A stretch of DNA of 26,891 nucleotides from Bdellovibrionia bacterium. Its GTDB lineage: Bacteria; Bdellovibrionota; UBA1018. Positions within the stretch are counted from its first letter, which is position 1. Every line of letters starts with the position of its first letter. Shown in pieces: positions 7,691-16,216 of the stretch. The DNA lies in NCBI GenBank assembly GCA_045805065.1, contig JBJMMA010000176.1, forward strand, positions 1 through 26,891, given 5' to 3'. Both the position numbers and the translations under genes were made by a program. Under the pieces are notes generated by a model. The model was not told the origin of the DNA, made no database searches, and worked only from the letters and a program-made list of their open reading frames with translations.

Positions 7691-7735
7691 TTTGATCTCG
7701 GCCGGCTGCTTAGGAAGCAGCAGGCCCAGATCAAA
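7691..7735 (-). promoter_or_regulatory. Long stem-loop in the probable 5' UTR
   Basis: Plus strand TTTGATCT c GGCC g GCTGCTT agg AAGCAGC a GGCC c AGATCAAA: 19 of 21 positions pair, ending just upstream of the SD. Confidence 0.6.
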
Positions 7736-7859
7736 GCTGGGTTAATGCGATGCGGCATAACTACAGCGACCGTCTTTTCTGGTCAAGAATTAAAACCAAT
7801 CGGGTCACTTTGCCCATAAATTCAGACAGTTTACTCGCTACTTAATCCGACCATTTTCC

Positions 7860-7887
7860 TAAAGTTTTCCGTGTTTTGGACCGACAA
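7860..7887 (+). promoter_or_regulatory. Putative sigma-28-like promoter
   Basis: TAAAGTTT-N12-ACCGACAA against the consensus TAAAGTTT-N11-GCCGATAA, upstream of SD GAGGAG and ATG 7911. Confidence 0.55.
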
Positions 7888-7910
7888 GTATTTCTAGAGG
7901 AGTAGGTGCG

Positions 7911-9761
7911 ATGAATCTTCGTAAAGAGGCCCGATATCGGCGGGCATCGCTCAATTCGATGATCTTGGGCAGCATTTTCGTAGGTTGCCTGAGCATCCTG
8001 TTTAGCTCCGCGGACGTCTCCAGAAACGACAGCACGGGCTCGCCTGTAGACACCGGAGTGAACCGTCAGCGAATCGATTTATCGTCAGACTGGTCCTACG
8101 CTCCCGACCCAGGCCATCGCGCGCCCGGAGAACTTCCAAGCCCTCCGAGCGAAGGCTGGCGAAATTTTGATCCATCCCTCAGCTGGCGATACGCCGACGA
8201 GATTCGCGGAAGTTACTGGTTCAAGAAAACCTTCGCTTCACAATATGGCTTTCAATCCCCTGCCCTGGTCTTGGGACAGATTCCTGGAACTCACCGAGTT
8301 TATCTCAATGGCCACCTGATCGGTGGATCGGATCAGCCTGAGGCGCTTGCATTTTATCCGTTCGATGGTGGGTTCTTGAGTTCGAGTGGAAGCAATACGC
8401 TACTGATCTCGGCTCATGCTCCGGCAACACTTTCTCCCGGCATCACAAAACTCAAAGACTTGGGAATGTTCATCGGAGACGTCCAAGACGTTCGTCAAAG
8501 CAGCATGGGAGCGCAGACGATTCTTTACGTCAATCACAGCATTCTTCTTTCGCTTTCCGTGGGAATCTTTTTCGTCACGCTTGGCTATGCGATTTTCAGA
8601 AAAGCTTACCGCCAGTATTTCTATGCGGCGCTCTTCATGCTCTTAGGATCAATTCACCTGGCGGGGCTTCATCCATGGATTGCAGGAAAGCTCGATTTGC
8701 CGCATTTAAGACTTCTTCAAAGCATCGCGCTAGCCTTGAGCCCTTTCACGCTCTACTCGGCTTGCCTGCATCTGCAACGCCGCTATCGCGCTGAGGCCAT
8801 GAACAATGGAGCCGCACTTCTGACATTGGCTGCAATCTCAGGCTGGATCCTGCGCAAACCTGCGCCAGCGCCCACTGAGCTTTCTCAGACGTTTCAGTAC
8901 GTAGCGATCAGCGCCATGATCTACGCGCTGGCCTGGGTTTCGATGACTTGCGTTCGAGCCTTGATCCCAAAACTGGGCAAAGAAAAATTGCGAGAGTCTC
9001 AGTCGCCTCTGTTTGAAGCCGCGTTTATCATTTTCGGAGTCATCGGTGCGATCGCCGCATTTACCAACGCAGACGGATCGATCTGGGCGCACTCCTGGTC
9101 AGAAACCTGGGCAAAGGCCTTACCGTTTGTTTTCTCATTCACCCTGGTTGCTGCCGCAACCGTGGAGCACAACACCCAGAGAAGAGCATCTACAATGCGC
9201 TCGTCACATGATGAGCTCGTTTCGGGATTGATTCGCTTTATTCATGACTCGCCCCAGGTCTCAGAAACCGTCACCGCACTTCAAGCCCGCATCAGCACTT
9301 TCTTGAAAGCCAAACGCTCTACCCTCTATCTGATGGATGAAGATGAGCATGGCCAGGCGGTCTTGAAGGCGACCTACATTCATGGTGACGATAAAATGCG
9401 TGGCAAAGTATCGCCTGCGCTTCGCCCCGATGATGGTGTCATCGGATATGTGTGCGGAAATCGTGCCCCACTTCTCATCGACAATATTCGCCAGGATCCT
9501 CGCTTCAGGGAAAGTCTCGCCAAGAAAGCCCAAAAAGACCCTGAAAGCCTTTATCAAACCGGTGCCTGCATGATTCTTCCGCTGACCTATGGGGACCGCT
9601 TCCTGGGCGTTCTCACCTTTGCTGACAAAAAGGACGGGAACTTTTTTACGCAGGAAGATTTCGCAATGGCTATTGAAGTCAGTACGGACCTTGCGATTCT
9701 TCTCGATAGCCGCCAGCTTCAGGAGTCCATCCGGCAGGAAACCCGCAAAAAGCAGGCTTAA
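7911..9761 (+). CDS. Membrane sensor: periplasmic jelly-roll (carbohydrate-binding/DISM-like) domain + multi-TM region + C-terminal GAF domain
   Basis: N-terminal TM; IDLSSDW...YWFKKTF...LVLGQI...VYLNGHLIG (galactose-binding-like); about 7 hydrophobic segments; GAF motifs GVIGYV...PLLIDNIRQDPRF...CMILPL...GVLTFADK...FTQED. Confidence 0.78.
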   Translation: MNLRKEARYRRASLNSMILGSIFVGCLSILFSSADVSRNDSTGSPVDTGVNRQRIDLSSDWSYAPDPGHRAPGELPSPPSEGWRNFDPSLSWRYADEIRGSYWFKKTFASQYGFQSPALVLGQIPGTHRVYLNGHLIGGSDQPEALAFYPFDGGFLSSSGSNTLLISAHAPATLSPGITKLKDLGMFIGDVQDVRQSSMGAQTILYVNHSILLSLSVGIFFVTLGYAIFRKAYRQYFYAALFMLLGSIHLAGLHPWIAGKLDLPHLRLLQSIALALSPFTLYSACLHLQRRYRAEAMNNGAALLTLAAISGWILRKPAPAPTELSQTFQYVAISAMIYALAWVSMTCVRALIPKLGKEKLRESQSPLFEAAFIIFGVIGAIAAFTNADGSIWAHSWSETWAKALPFVFSFTLVAAATVEHNTQRRASTMRSSHDELVSGLIRFIHDSPQVSETVTALQARISTFLKAKRSTLYLMDEDEHGQAVLKATYIHGDDKMRGKVSPALRPDDGVIGYVCGNRAPLLIDNIRQDPRFRESLAKKAQKDPESLYQTGACMILPLTYGDRFLGVLTFADKKDGNFFTQEDFAMAIEVSTDLAILLDSRQLQESIRQETRKKQA

Positions 9762-9806
9762 GCCGTTCGCAGATCATCAGCATTGTTCCTGCAGTTTGTC
9801 GGTTTT

Positions 9807-10493
9807 GTGGAATACCGTAAGCTGCATCCATGGAATCTATCGCCTGGCAAAGCCCTTGAGGTTCAAAATTCTCTTCGAGATCGAATTCGAATTGAGCCGC
9901 TTGATACGCGGAAGGTTCGCCTGATCGCGGGAGCGGATATTTCTTACAACCGTTATTCGGACATCGCGCACGCGGCATTCGTCGTGCTGGATATCAAGAC
10001 ACTGAAGACTGTCGCCACGGGCGTTGCCACAGGTCGGCTGAGCTTTCCTTACATCCCCGGGCTTCTCACTTTCCGCGAAGGCGAGCCTCTGCTCGAGGCC
10101 TGGAAAAACCTGAGCGTTGCTCCTGATGTCATTGTCTTTGACGGCCAAGGCATCGCTCATCCACGCGGTCTTGGCATCGCCGCCCATATGGGGCTGATCA
10201 TCGATCGCCCATCGATAGGCTGTGGAAAAAGCCTGCTCTGCGGAAAATACGAGGATCTCGGGCCCGAGGCCGGAAGCTCCGCCCCACTGATCTATAAGGG
10301 AATGGAGATCGGCGCCGCCTATCGCACCAAAACCGATGTTCAGCCTGTGTACATCTCGCCAGGATATAAAATTGATCTCAAAAGCTCGATCGAGCTCATC
10401 AGCCGTTGCGTAACAAAGTACAGAATCCCGGAGCCCACGCGCCAGGCGCATATTCTGGCCAATGAGCTCAGGCGTGGAGAGGCCGCGGCCTAA
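9807..10493 (+). CDS. nfi: Endonuclease V (deoxyinosine 3'-endonuclease)
   Basis: IAGADISY, FPYIPGLLTFRE, FDGQGIAHPRGLGIAAHMG, GCGKS, YISPG, YRIPEPTRQAH. Start is probably GTG 9807 (ORF track gives 9783). Confidence 0.95.
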   Translation: MEYRKLHPWNLSPGKALEVQNSLRDRIRIEPLDTRKVRLIAGADISYNRYSDIAHAAFVVLDIKTLKTVATGVATGRLSFPYIPGLLTFREGEPLLEAWKNLSVAPDVIVFDGQGIAHPRGLGIAAHMGLIIDRPSIGCGKSLLCGKYEDLGPEAGSSAPLIYKGMEIGAAYRTKTDVQPVYISPGYKIDLKSSIELISRCVTKYRIPEPTRQAHILANELRRGEAAA

Positions 10494-12922
10494 TATCGTT
10501 TTCTCCACTCCACATAAGCGCTGACCGTACTCGAGTTCTGGATAATGTTGTTCACGTTCGTCGTGACAAAGAAGTTTGATCCGATGCGCTTTCGAACCCC
10601 AACAGCTCCTGCTTGATTTTCACCCGATCCGACATTGAGAGACAGGCCCTCAGAGATTCGAACCTGTGCCGTGACTTGTCCTGTATCTGGATTATACGAA
10701 AGCCCCTCAACCGGAGTCGAAGCCAGAAGAAACAAGCTGGCCAAGCTCAGCGCGCCCTGAGATACCGTAGCGCGCGTGCTTCCAACCGTAGCTGATTCAC
10801 TTGGATCGAGCTCCTCAGGAGTTCGGTTGAACAAAAGCGCCGCAAGCAATTGATCCTCTCCCACGGGTGGATCGCTGGTGACCCTCACCTGCGGCTTATC
10901 AATGGAGCCCACCACATCAATGTGCGCCTGATAGTCTCCCAGCGGAACATCCACCCTTCCATCAAGGACGCTATCCCCTGCTTTGGTGACCAGATCGATG
11001 TCAAAGTGCTGCACGGTCGCCTTTCGACGAAAAGCCTCAACAGGAAATACTCCAACTTGGACCTTCCCTGTTGGAGGCGACTCACTTGAAAGATTGATAT
11101 CGAGATTCACGGGGATCGGACCCTTCGCCAGATTTGTAATGATCTGCACTGGGCTTCCAGGTGGGGTGCGAACCACTGCGCGATATCCGAAGGACGGCTC
11201 CTTTTCTTCTTCCTTTTTAACAGGCCCATTGTTCTGAACTTTTTCGATCGGCTGCAGCGCGTGGATCCTGCTCTCAGGAAAAAGGCGCGGAGGTTTCTCA
11301 AGCTTCAGTCTTGGCAAAAGGAGCTTCAGATCCGTAAGGGTCAGCACAAAATTAGCCTGTGTCCAGGGATCCGTTCGGATGTCCGTGACTTCCACCGTGC
11401 CCCCCGCATCGAGGTTCACGCTTTGACTATTGGACTTAAGCCGGGTCTGCAGTTTGATCGGCAGATTCCCTTGCTCGAGATTAACTGAGCCAGCCGATCG
11501 AAACGTCACATTGCCTTCGAGCGCCTGAAACGGCGCCGGAATCCCCCACGCTGTCTTGTTCAATCTTTGATTGAGTTTCTGAAAATCCGGAATCCTCATC
11601 TCGACCGCAACTTGTGAATCGATCTGGCCGCTACGGGGAAATTCGCCCGCAACGCCATTGAGCCGACTGTGAAGCTCGCCCCGGCCTTCAAAAATCGGCG
11701 TCAGAATCGGTGTGAGTACAGCATCGACCTTCCCTTGAAGCTGCGTCGTATCCGACGGAATGAAATCCGACGACATCAGATCAGCCTGAACGCGAAGGCC
11801 TGCCTCGGTTGGGATCTCAAAAAAACGGAGGTGCTTAGGCGGTATCGGAACCGTGCCGTCGATCCGGCAATCCATCTGATACCGGGAATCGCTCTGAGAA
11901 GGATTCTGTCGCTCGACGGTCAGGCCACAGGAGCTCAATGTCAGCTTGGCAAGCTCTGGACTGAGGTGTCGGGCTGTTGCAGAGATTTTCGCATCCAGCT
12001 TATTCGGAACATAAGATCCGCTCACATCTGCCAGAATGGTTTGCGAAGCTTTCTGTGTTCGCCCTTGAAACGTGAAATGAAGTGAGAAATCCAGAGCAAC
12101 GGCTTCTTCTTTTGGCGTACGCTTGAGCTTCCACTTCCCTTGAGCCGGCTTTTCTACGGATACGAAATGAGGTGAGACATTCAGGGTCAGGCCGACCTTT
12201 CGACGATCAGCAAGCTGAGCCTTTGCATTTCCTTGAACGTTCCAGTGATTCCATGCCCAGAAATCCCGGTCGTTCACGAGGCGAACCGAAAGCCCGTAGT
12301 TCTCATTCCCGGATGAGGCATTTCCTGCGAGCTCGATCCGGTTGTCTTTTTCAGACAGATGCAGCTTGCCTAGGATGCGTTTTTTCTTTTCGCGCAGCTC
12401 AAGGCGAGCGACATCAAAACGGATAGGATGAACCTGCGCTCCCTGCAGAAATCCGGGAGCAAGATCCTCGACCCGAAATGGTTTAGCCTTCTTGCGCTCA
12501 TTCTCCTTGGGCTTCGCCCGATTGACCTGCTCAAGCCGATCGAGATCGACCAGCACCTTTCCGTTCTCAATTTCGATCGGGCCAGCTTCCGTAACTTTTG
12601 GAATAAATCGAACCAGCCCTCCCACAACGGAGACCTTGGCTCGATCAAAGCAGCCATTGTAGGCGCTCTTCGTGCCTTCTCGAATGCAAAGCCCGATGAA
12701 ATCCAAGGTCAGCTTTTTCTTGAGCAAACCCACGGAATCGGCTTGGATATCAACGGAAGTCCAGGTGACTGCCGTGCCCGATTTCGAAAGAAGACTTGAA
12801 ACGATAAGCAATGTGGATGGGTTCAAAACCAGCCGAGGCTGAACCAGAATCAAGAAGGCCAAAGAGAATACCACAGCCACCGTACCCAGCAGGATAACTC
12901 CCAATGTCCGGATGGTTTTCAT
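10490..12922 (-). CDS. tamB: TamB/AsmA-like translocation and assembly module protein
   Basis: N-terminal membrane anchor, beta-rich body, and a C-terminal DUF490-like segment (VGSIDKPQVRVTSDPPVGEDQLLAALLF...VGVRKRI...VEWRKRY). Coupled to the Omp85 gene by a TGATG overlap. Confidence 0.75.
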   Translation of the reverse strand: MKTIRTLGVILLGTVAVVFSLAFLILVQPRLVLNPSTLLIVSSLLSKSGTAVTWTSVDIQADSVGLLKKKLTLDFIGLCIREGTKSAYNGCFDRAKVSVVGGLVRFIPKVTEAGPIEIENGKVLVDLDRLEQVNRAKPKENERKKAKPFRVEDLAPGFLQGAQVHPIRFDVARLELREKKKRILGKLHLSEKDNRIELAGNASSGNENYGLSVRLVNDRDFWAWNHWNVQGNAKAQLADRRKVGLTLNVSPHFVSVEKPAQGKWKLKRTPKEEAVALDFSLHFTFQGRTQKASQTILADVSGSYVPNKLDAKISATARHLSPELAKLTLSSCGLTVERQNPSQSDSRYQMDCRIDGTVPIPPKHLRFFEIPTEAGLRVQADLMSSDFIPSDTTQLQGKVDAVLTPILTPIFEGRGELHSRLNGVAGEFPRSGQIDSQVAVEMRIPDFQKLNQRLNKTAWGIPAPFQALEGNVTFRSAGSVNLEQGNLPIKLQTRLKSNSQSVNLDAGGTVEVTDIRTDPWTQANFVLTLTDLKLLLPRLKLEKPPRLFPESRIHALQPIEKVQNNGPVKKEEEKEPSFGYRAVVRTPPGSPVQIITNLAKGPIPVNLDINLSSESPPTGKVQVGVFPVEAFRRKATVQHFDIDLVTKAGDSVLDGRVDVPLGDYQAHIDVVGSIDKPQVRVTSDPPVGEDQLLAALLFNRTPEELDPSESATVGSTRATVSQGALSLASLFLLASTPVEGLSYNPDTGQVTAQVRISEGLSLNVGSGENQAGAVGVRKRIGSNFFVTTNVNNIIQNSSTVSAYVEWRKRY

Positions 12923-14760
12923 CAGAACTCCTCTCCAAAACTGAAATAGAACTGCCAGCCTCCGGGTGCATCCAGCGGGTATCCGCGCGCTAGAGTCGTT
13001 CGGAATGCCCCAAAGGGAGACGCCCAGCGAATCCCTAAGCCAGGCGAGTAATAAATCGGATCATTCAAACTGAATGAAGATGCACCTAATGCTCCCGCAT
13101 CAATAAACAGAAATGGCTCCAAATTAGCAGGCAAAACCCTTACCAGTCGTGACTCAAGTCCGGTGAAAACCGAAGTCAGCCCCCCGATCTGGTTATTCGG
13201 AAGACTCAAACGCCCAAATCCTCTCAAGTCCCGGGAGCCACCCAGAAAATACGTGAAAGTAGGAGGCAACTGAGAAGCAGCTCCTTCCGGCAGGTCCGAA
13301 GATGGCGTAATCGTGGTATCCAAGCTTCCACGAAGTCCGAAAACGAGCAGCGGCGGATCTTTGTTAAACACATTGAAGAGCGCCTCGTATCGGAAACCGA
13401 CACGTTGAGCGGTAATACTTGTGACAATTCCCTCTTTGCTGAAATCTGCAGTTGCTACCAGGTCAAATCCTGAGCGTGGCTGATCCAGGTAAAGCTCATA
13501 GCTGTGGCTTATGAACTCCAGCTGGCTTGCCAGCATCAGAAATCTCGAATTGGCCGGCCCGGTTCCACGAAACGTATGGATCTGTTGATACTGAGGACCT
13601 AAGAGAAAAATGCCTTTCGAGATGGGCCACTCCCAAGTTTTCTGAAAGGCAAGCTGCGCAGTGGTTTGAAAGACTTCGAACGCATTTTCGTTTTGATGCA
13701 GAAGCTGAAAACTAGGACGAATCGACTTCCGATCAGCAGCTTCAAATGCATACCAATCCATGGATAGATTGACCTGCTGAATTTTCGCCGACGCTGACAC
13801 GGAAGCAGTGAGAACCGAGGCCTTTCTTCCTAAACGAGCATTCGTCCAGCTGGCTCGCCCTTGCACCAGTCCCTCAGTGTCCACTCCGACTCCAAACGCC
13901 AACAAGCGAGGCGGCGCCTCCACCACATTCTCACGAACTGTCGCTCCATCCGGGCCGCAGCTTGAGGTGAAATAATCGCTGTCAAATAGACCCTGTCTCG
14001 TCACTCGGAGGGCACTCAGATTGAGGAGATTTTCGTTATAAGGATCACCAAATCCGAAAGCATGAAATCTCTGCAGAACGCCCGGATCCATGCCGGGAAC
14101 TTGTTGCTCGATCTCTCGAACCACATTCTGAAGAGGTCCGCGATCCACGTTAATTCGAAGCTCTCCTGTCTCAGGATCTCCTTCGGCCTTGATCTTCGGG
14201 CAGGGATATCCATAAACCTTCAGCTCATGCCCAACCCATCCTTCCATGTCGGATAAAAGCGCCGGTGTCATCACGCTTCCGACGACAAAGCGCCTGCGAC
14301 TGATATCCACGACATCGGGAGCGCCGATCGAAGTAACTTTTTTAACGAGAGTGGGCTCGCCTACGTCGACCAGAATTTGTCCATCTTGCTCCGTGATGAA
14401 TTTAGGTTTGTACAAGCCACGATCCTGAAGAAAGTTTTTAAAGTTAAACTCTGCCTGCCACTTGGGAAGAGTTTTCCATTCCACTTGCTGAGGATCGCCG
14501 CAAACCAGGTTTCTTTCGATATCCGACAAACCAGGCTCGATTTGACCACGGACTTTAAAGCCGGGGCAAAGTTGCCGCACTTCTGTGCGAGGGGGCGTAT
14601 GAGCGCAACTCGAAAGATAGACAAGAAAAGCGGTTTCAAGCACAAGGCCCAACACTGCCCTGACTCGACTCGGCAAGTTTTGCCTGTTTCGCTTTTTTTC
14701 CCTGCCTTTGTTTACACTCAGATTTGGCTCAAGGTATCCTGAATATGTGGAGCGGTGCAT
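12922..14760 (-). CDS. Omp85 family (TamA/BamA-like) outer-membrane protein, probable lipoprotein
   Basis: YFLGGSRDLRGF loop-6 motif, FIDAG, GLGIRWASPFGAFR, and C-terminal WQFYFSFGEEF. Lipobox-like LSSC at Cys52. The true start is probably downstream of 14760. Confidence 0.88.
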   Translation of the reverse strand: MHRSTYSGYLEPNLSVNKGREKKRNRQNLPSRVRAVLGLVLETAFLVYLSSCAHTPPRTEVRQLCPGFKVRGQIEPGLSDIERNLVCGDPQQVEWKTLPKWQAEFNFKNFLQDRGLYKPKFITEQDGQILVDVGEPTLVKKVTSIGAPDVVDISRRRFVVGSVMTPALLSDMEGWVGHELKVYGYPCPKIKAEGDPETGELRINVDRGPLQNVVREIEQQVPGMDPGVLQRFHAFGFGDPYNENLLNLSALRVTRQGLFDSDYFTSSCGPDGATVRENVVEAPPRLLAFGVGVDTEGLVQGRASWTNARLGRKASVLTASVSASAKIQQVNLSMDWYAFEAADRKSIRPSFQLLHQNENAFEVFQTTAQLAFQKTWEWPISKGIFLLGPQYQQIHTFRGTGPANSRFLMLASQLEFISHSYELYLDQPRSGFDLVATADFSKEGIVTSITAQRVGFRYEALFNVFNKDPPLLVFGLRGSLDTTITPSSDLPEGAASQLPPTFTYFLGGSRDLRGFGRLSLPNNQIGGLTSVFTGLESRLVRVLPANLEPFLFIDAGALGASSFSLNDPIYYSPGLGIRWASPFGAFRTTLARGYPLDAPGGWQFYFSFGEEF

Positions 14761-14863
14761 GAGAAGCTTCCTAAACCCAAATCACGATCCAATTCTCGGT
14801 CGATGCAAAGCCGCACAGAGTGCAACTCCTGTGACAGGGACCGGCTTATTGACGCGCTTGAGA

Positions 14864-15496
14864 ATGCTCTTCGTGTTTTTACTGCTAACGCTCAGCACAC
14901 AGCCCGCCGCGGCAAGCGGATCCATCTATTATGACTTGGCAGGCGGTATTTCAAGATATCAGCAAACATCTCCATTCTTTGGAAACACAGCGCAAAGCTC
15001 CACCGGGTTTGGATATGCCTTGAACAACGGGGTTTTCGTGAACTGGGGAAGCGACAAACGGGCTTTCGCGTTTCAGCTGGGCCTTCAACACCGCTTAAGC
15101 TCAGCTTCAGACGCAACAGCATCGTACGCCGTGCAAGCTGCCTACCCTGTCATGCGTTTTCAATTCACTCGCATGTATTTTGGAATGGGCTTCACCCCAT
15201 TCGTCTGGAAAAGATCCAATGCACTCGGTGGAGTGGATAACTTCACGAGTGCGAAAAGCACGAGCGCACTCCTGGCAGAAGCCGGACTCCTCATGCCCGT
15301 CACTCCTAAGTTCTCACTCGGTACACAAGCCAGCGCGCAGTTCATGACCAGCGGAGGCGCCAAAAGCCCGAACCCGATTTTAGACGCTACGGTCTCCATG
15401 CGTTTCTATTTTGGATTCTTTGGCCGCGGAGGCGGAGGCTCTCAGTCTTCAGGAGAGTTCAATGGCTGGCGCTATCCGTTCGGCATGATCCGCTGA
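14864..15496 (+). CDS. Probable small outer-membrane beta-barrel protein
   Basis: Signal-like MLFVFLLLTLSTQPAAA and amphipathic strands (FQLGLQHR, MYFGMGFTP, LAEAGLLM, FSLGTQAS, ATVSMRFYF). Start is uncertain (alternatives 14831/14849; ORF track gives 14708). Confidence 0.65.
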   Translation: MLFVFLLLTLSTQPAAASGSIYYDLAGGISRYQQTSPFFGNTAQSSTGFGYALNNGVFVNWGSDKRAFAFQLGLQHRLSSASDATASYAVQAAYPVMRFQFTRMYFGMGFTPFVWKRSNALGGVDNFTSAKSTSALLAEAGLLMPVTPKFSLGTQASAQFMTSGGAKSPNPILDATVSMRFYFGFFGRGGGGSQSSGEFNGWRYPFGMIR

Positions 15497-15497
15497 T

Positions 15498-16214
15498 TTA
15501 ATCTGCGCGTCCCAGGCATTTGCAATCAGCGCTCTCTGATCCAGGTGCCGTAAAGCATTGAAAGGCCATGGAGTCGTCTTTTGCTTCAAAAGACCTCACC
15601 GAGCCGTTCTTCATCTCAATGCTCAGAGAAAGATGCTTAGGCTCGCCGAAAGTCAGACTGACCTTCTCCTGCGTTTCATGAATCTTGGCGCCCTCAAGAC
15701 TTTTCTCGGCATCCTGCTCTTGCTCCAATGGGACGGGAAGCCCTTCCTCATCGAGCGTATACAGCTGTGCCCTTAGCTTTCCGCGCAAACCTATGGAGAA
15801 GTCTCTCCAGACTCTCAAACGGCGTTCTTCTCCATCCGGACTCTTGAAATGCACGTTGCGCCAGATGAGCGCTCGCTTTTCCGCCTTGCCGGACTCACGA
15901 GACAAACCTTGGATGACATCGTCCATTGTCTTTACATCGCTGCCGAAAGGGAGTCCACAGCGCTGCAATTCCACCTGATTCTCTGCGCTCACACGAATCC
16001 CGGCGCTATCCTGAGACTTTCCCTCGTCCCGATTCTTATATCCGCTCGATACTGCCTGCGCAAAAGCCTTTGCCTCGGGTAGCATCTCAGACTTCGAGAC
16101 CGTTTCTTCGATCCTAGAGGTCATCGTCTTATGATCCACGCCCGCAAGCTTACGGTCAAAGAACAGAGCGGCAATCACGAGACAGCAAAAGATGAAAATC
16201 AATGGCATCCGCAT
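15498..16214 (-). CDS. Hypothetical membrane-anchored/exported protein
   Basis: 238-aa ORF with a hydrophobic N-terminus, starting 2 nt after the upstream stop, and a C-terminal C-x9-CxC cluster. Confidence 0.7.
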   Translation of the reverse strand: MRMPLIFIFCCLVIAALFFDRKLAGVDHKTMTSRIEETVSKSEMLPEAKAFAQAVSSGYKNRDEGKSQDSAGIRVSAENQVELQRCGLPFGSDVKTMDDVIQGLSRESGKAEKRALIWRNVHFKSPDGEERRLRVWRDFSIGLRGKLRAQLYTLDEEGLPVPLEQEQDAEKSLEGAKIHETQEKVSLTFGEPKHLSLSIEMKNGSVRSFEAKDDSMAFQCFTAPGSESADCKCLGRAD

Positions 16215-16216
16215 AA

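Noticed and set aside
9837..10508. 223-aa minus-strand ORF
   Set aside because: Antisense shadow of nfi.
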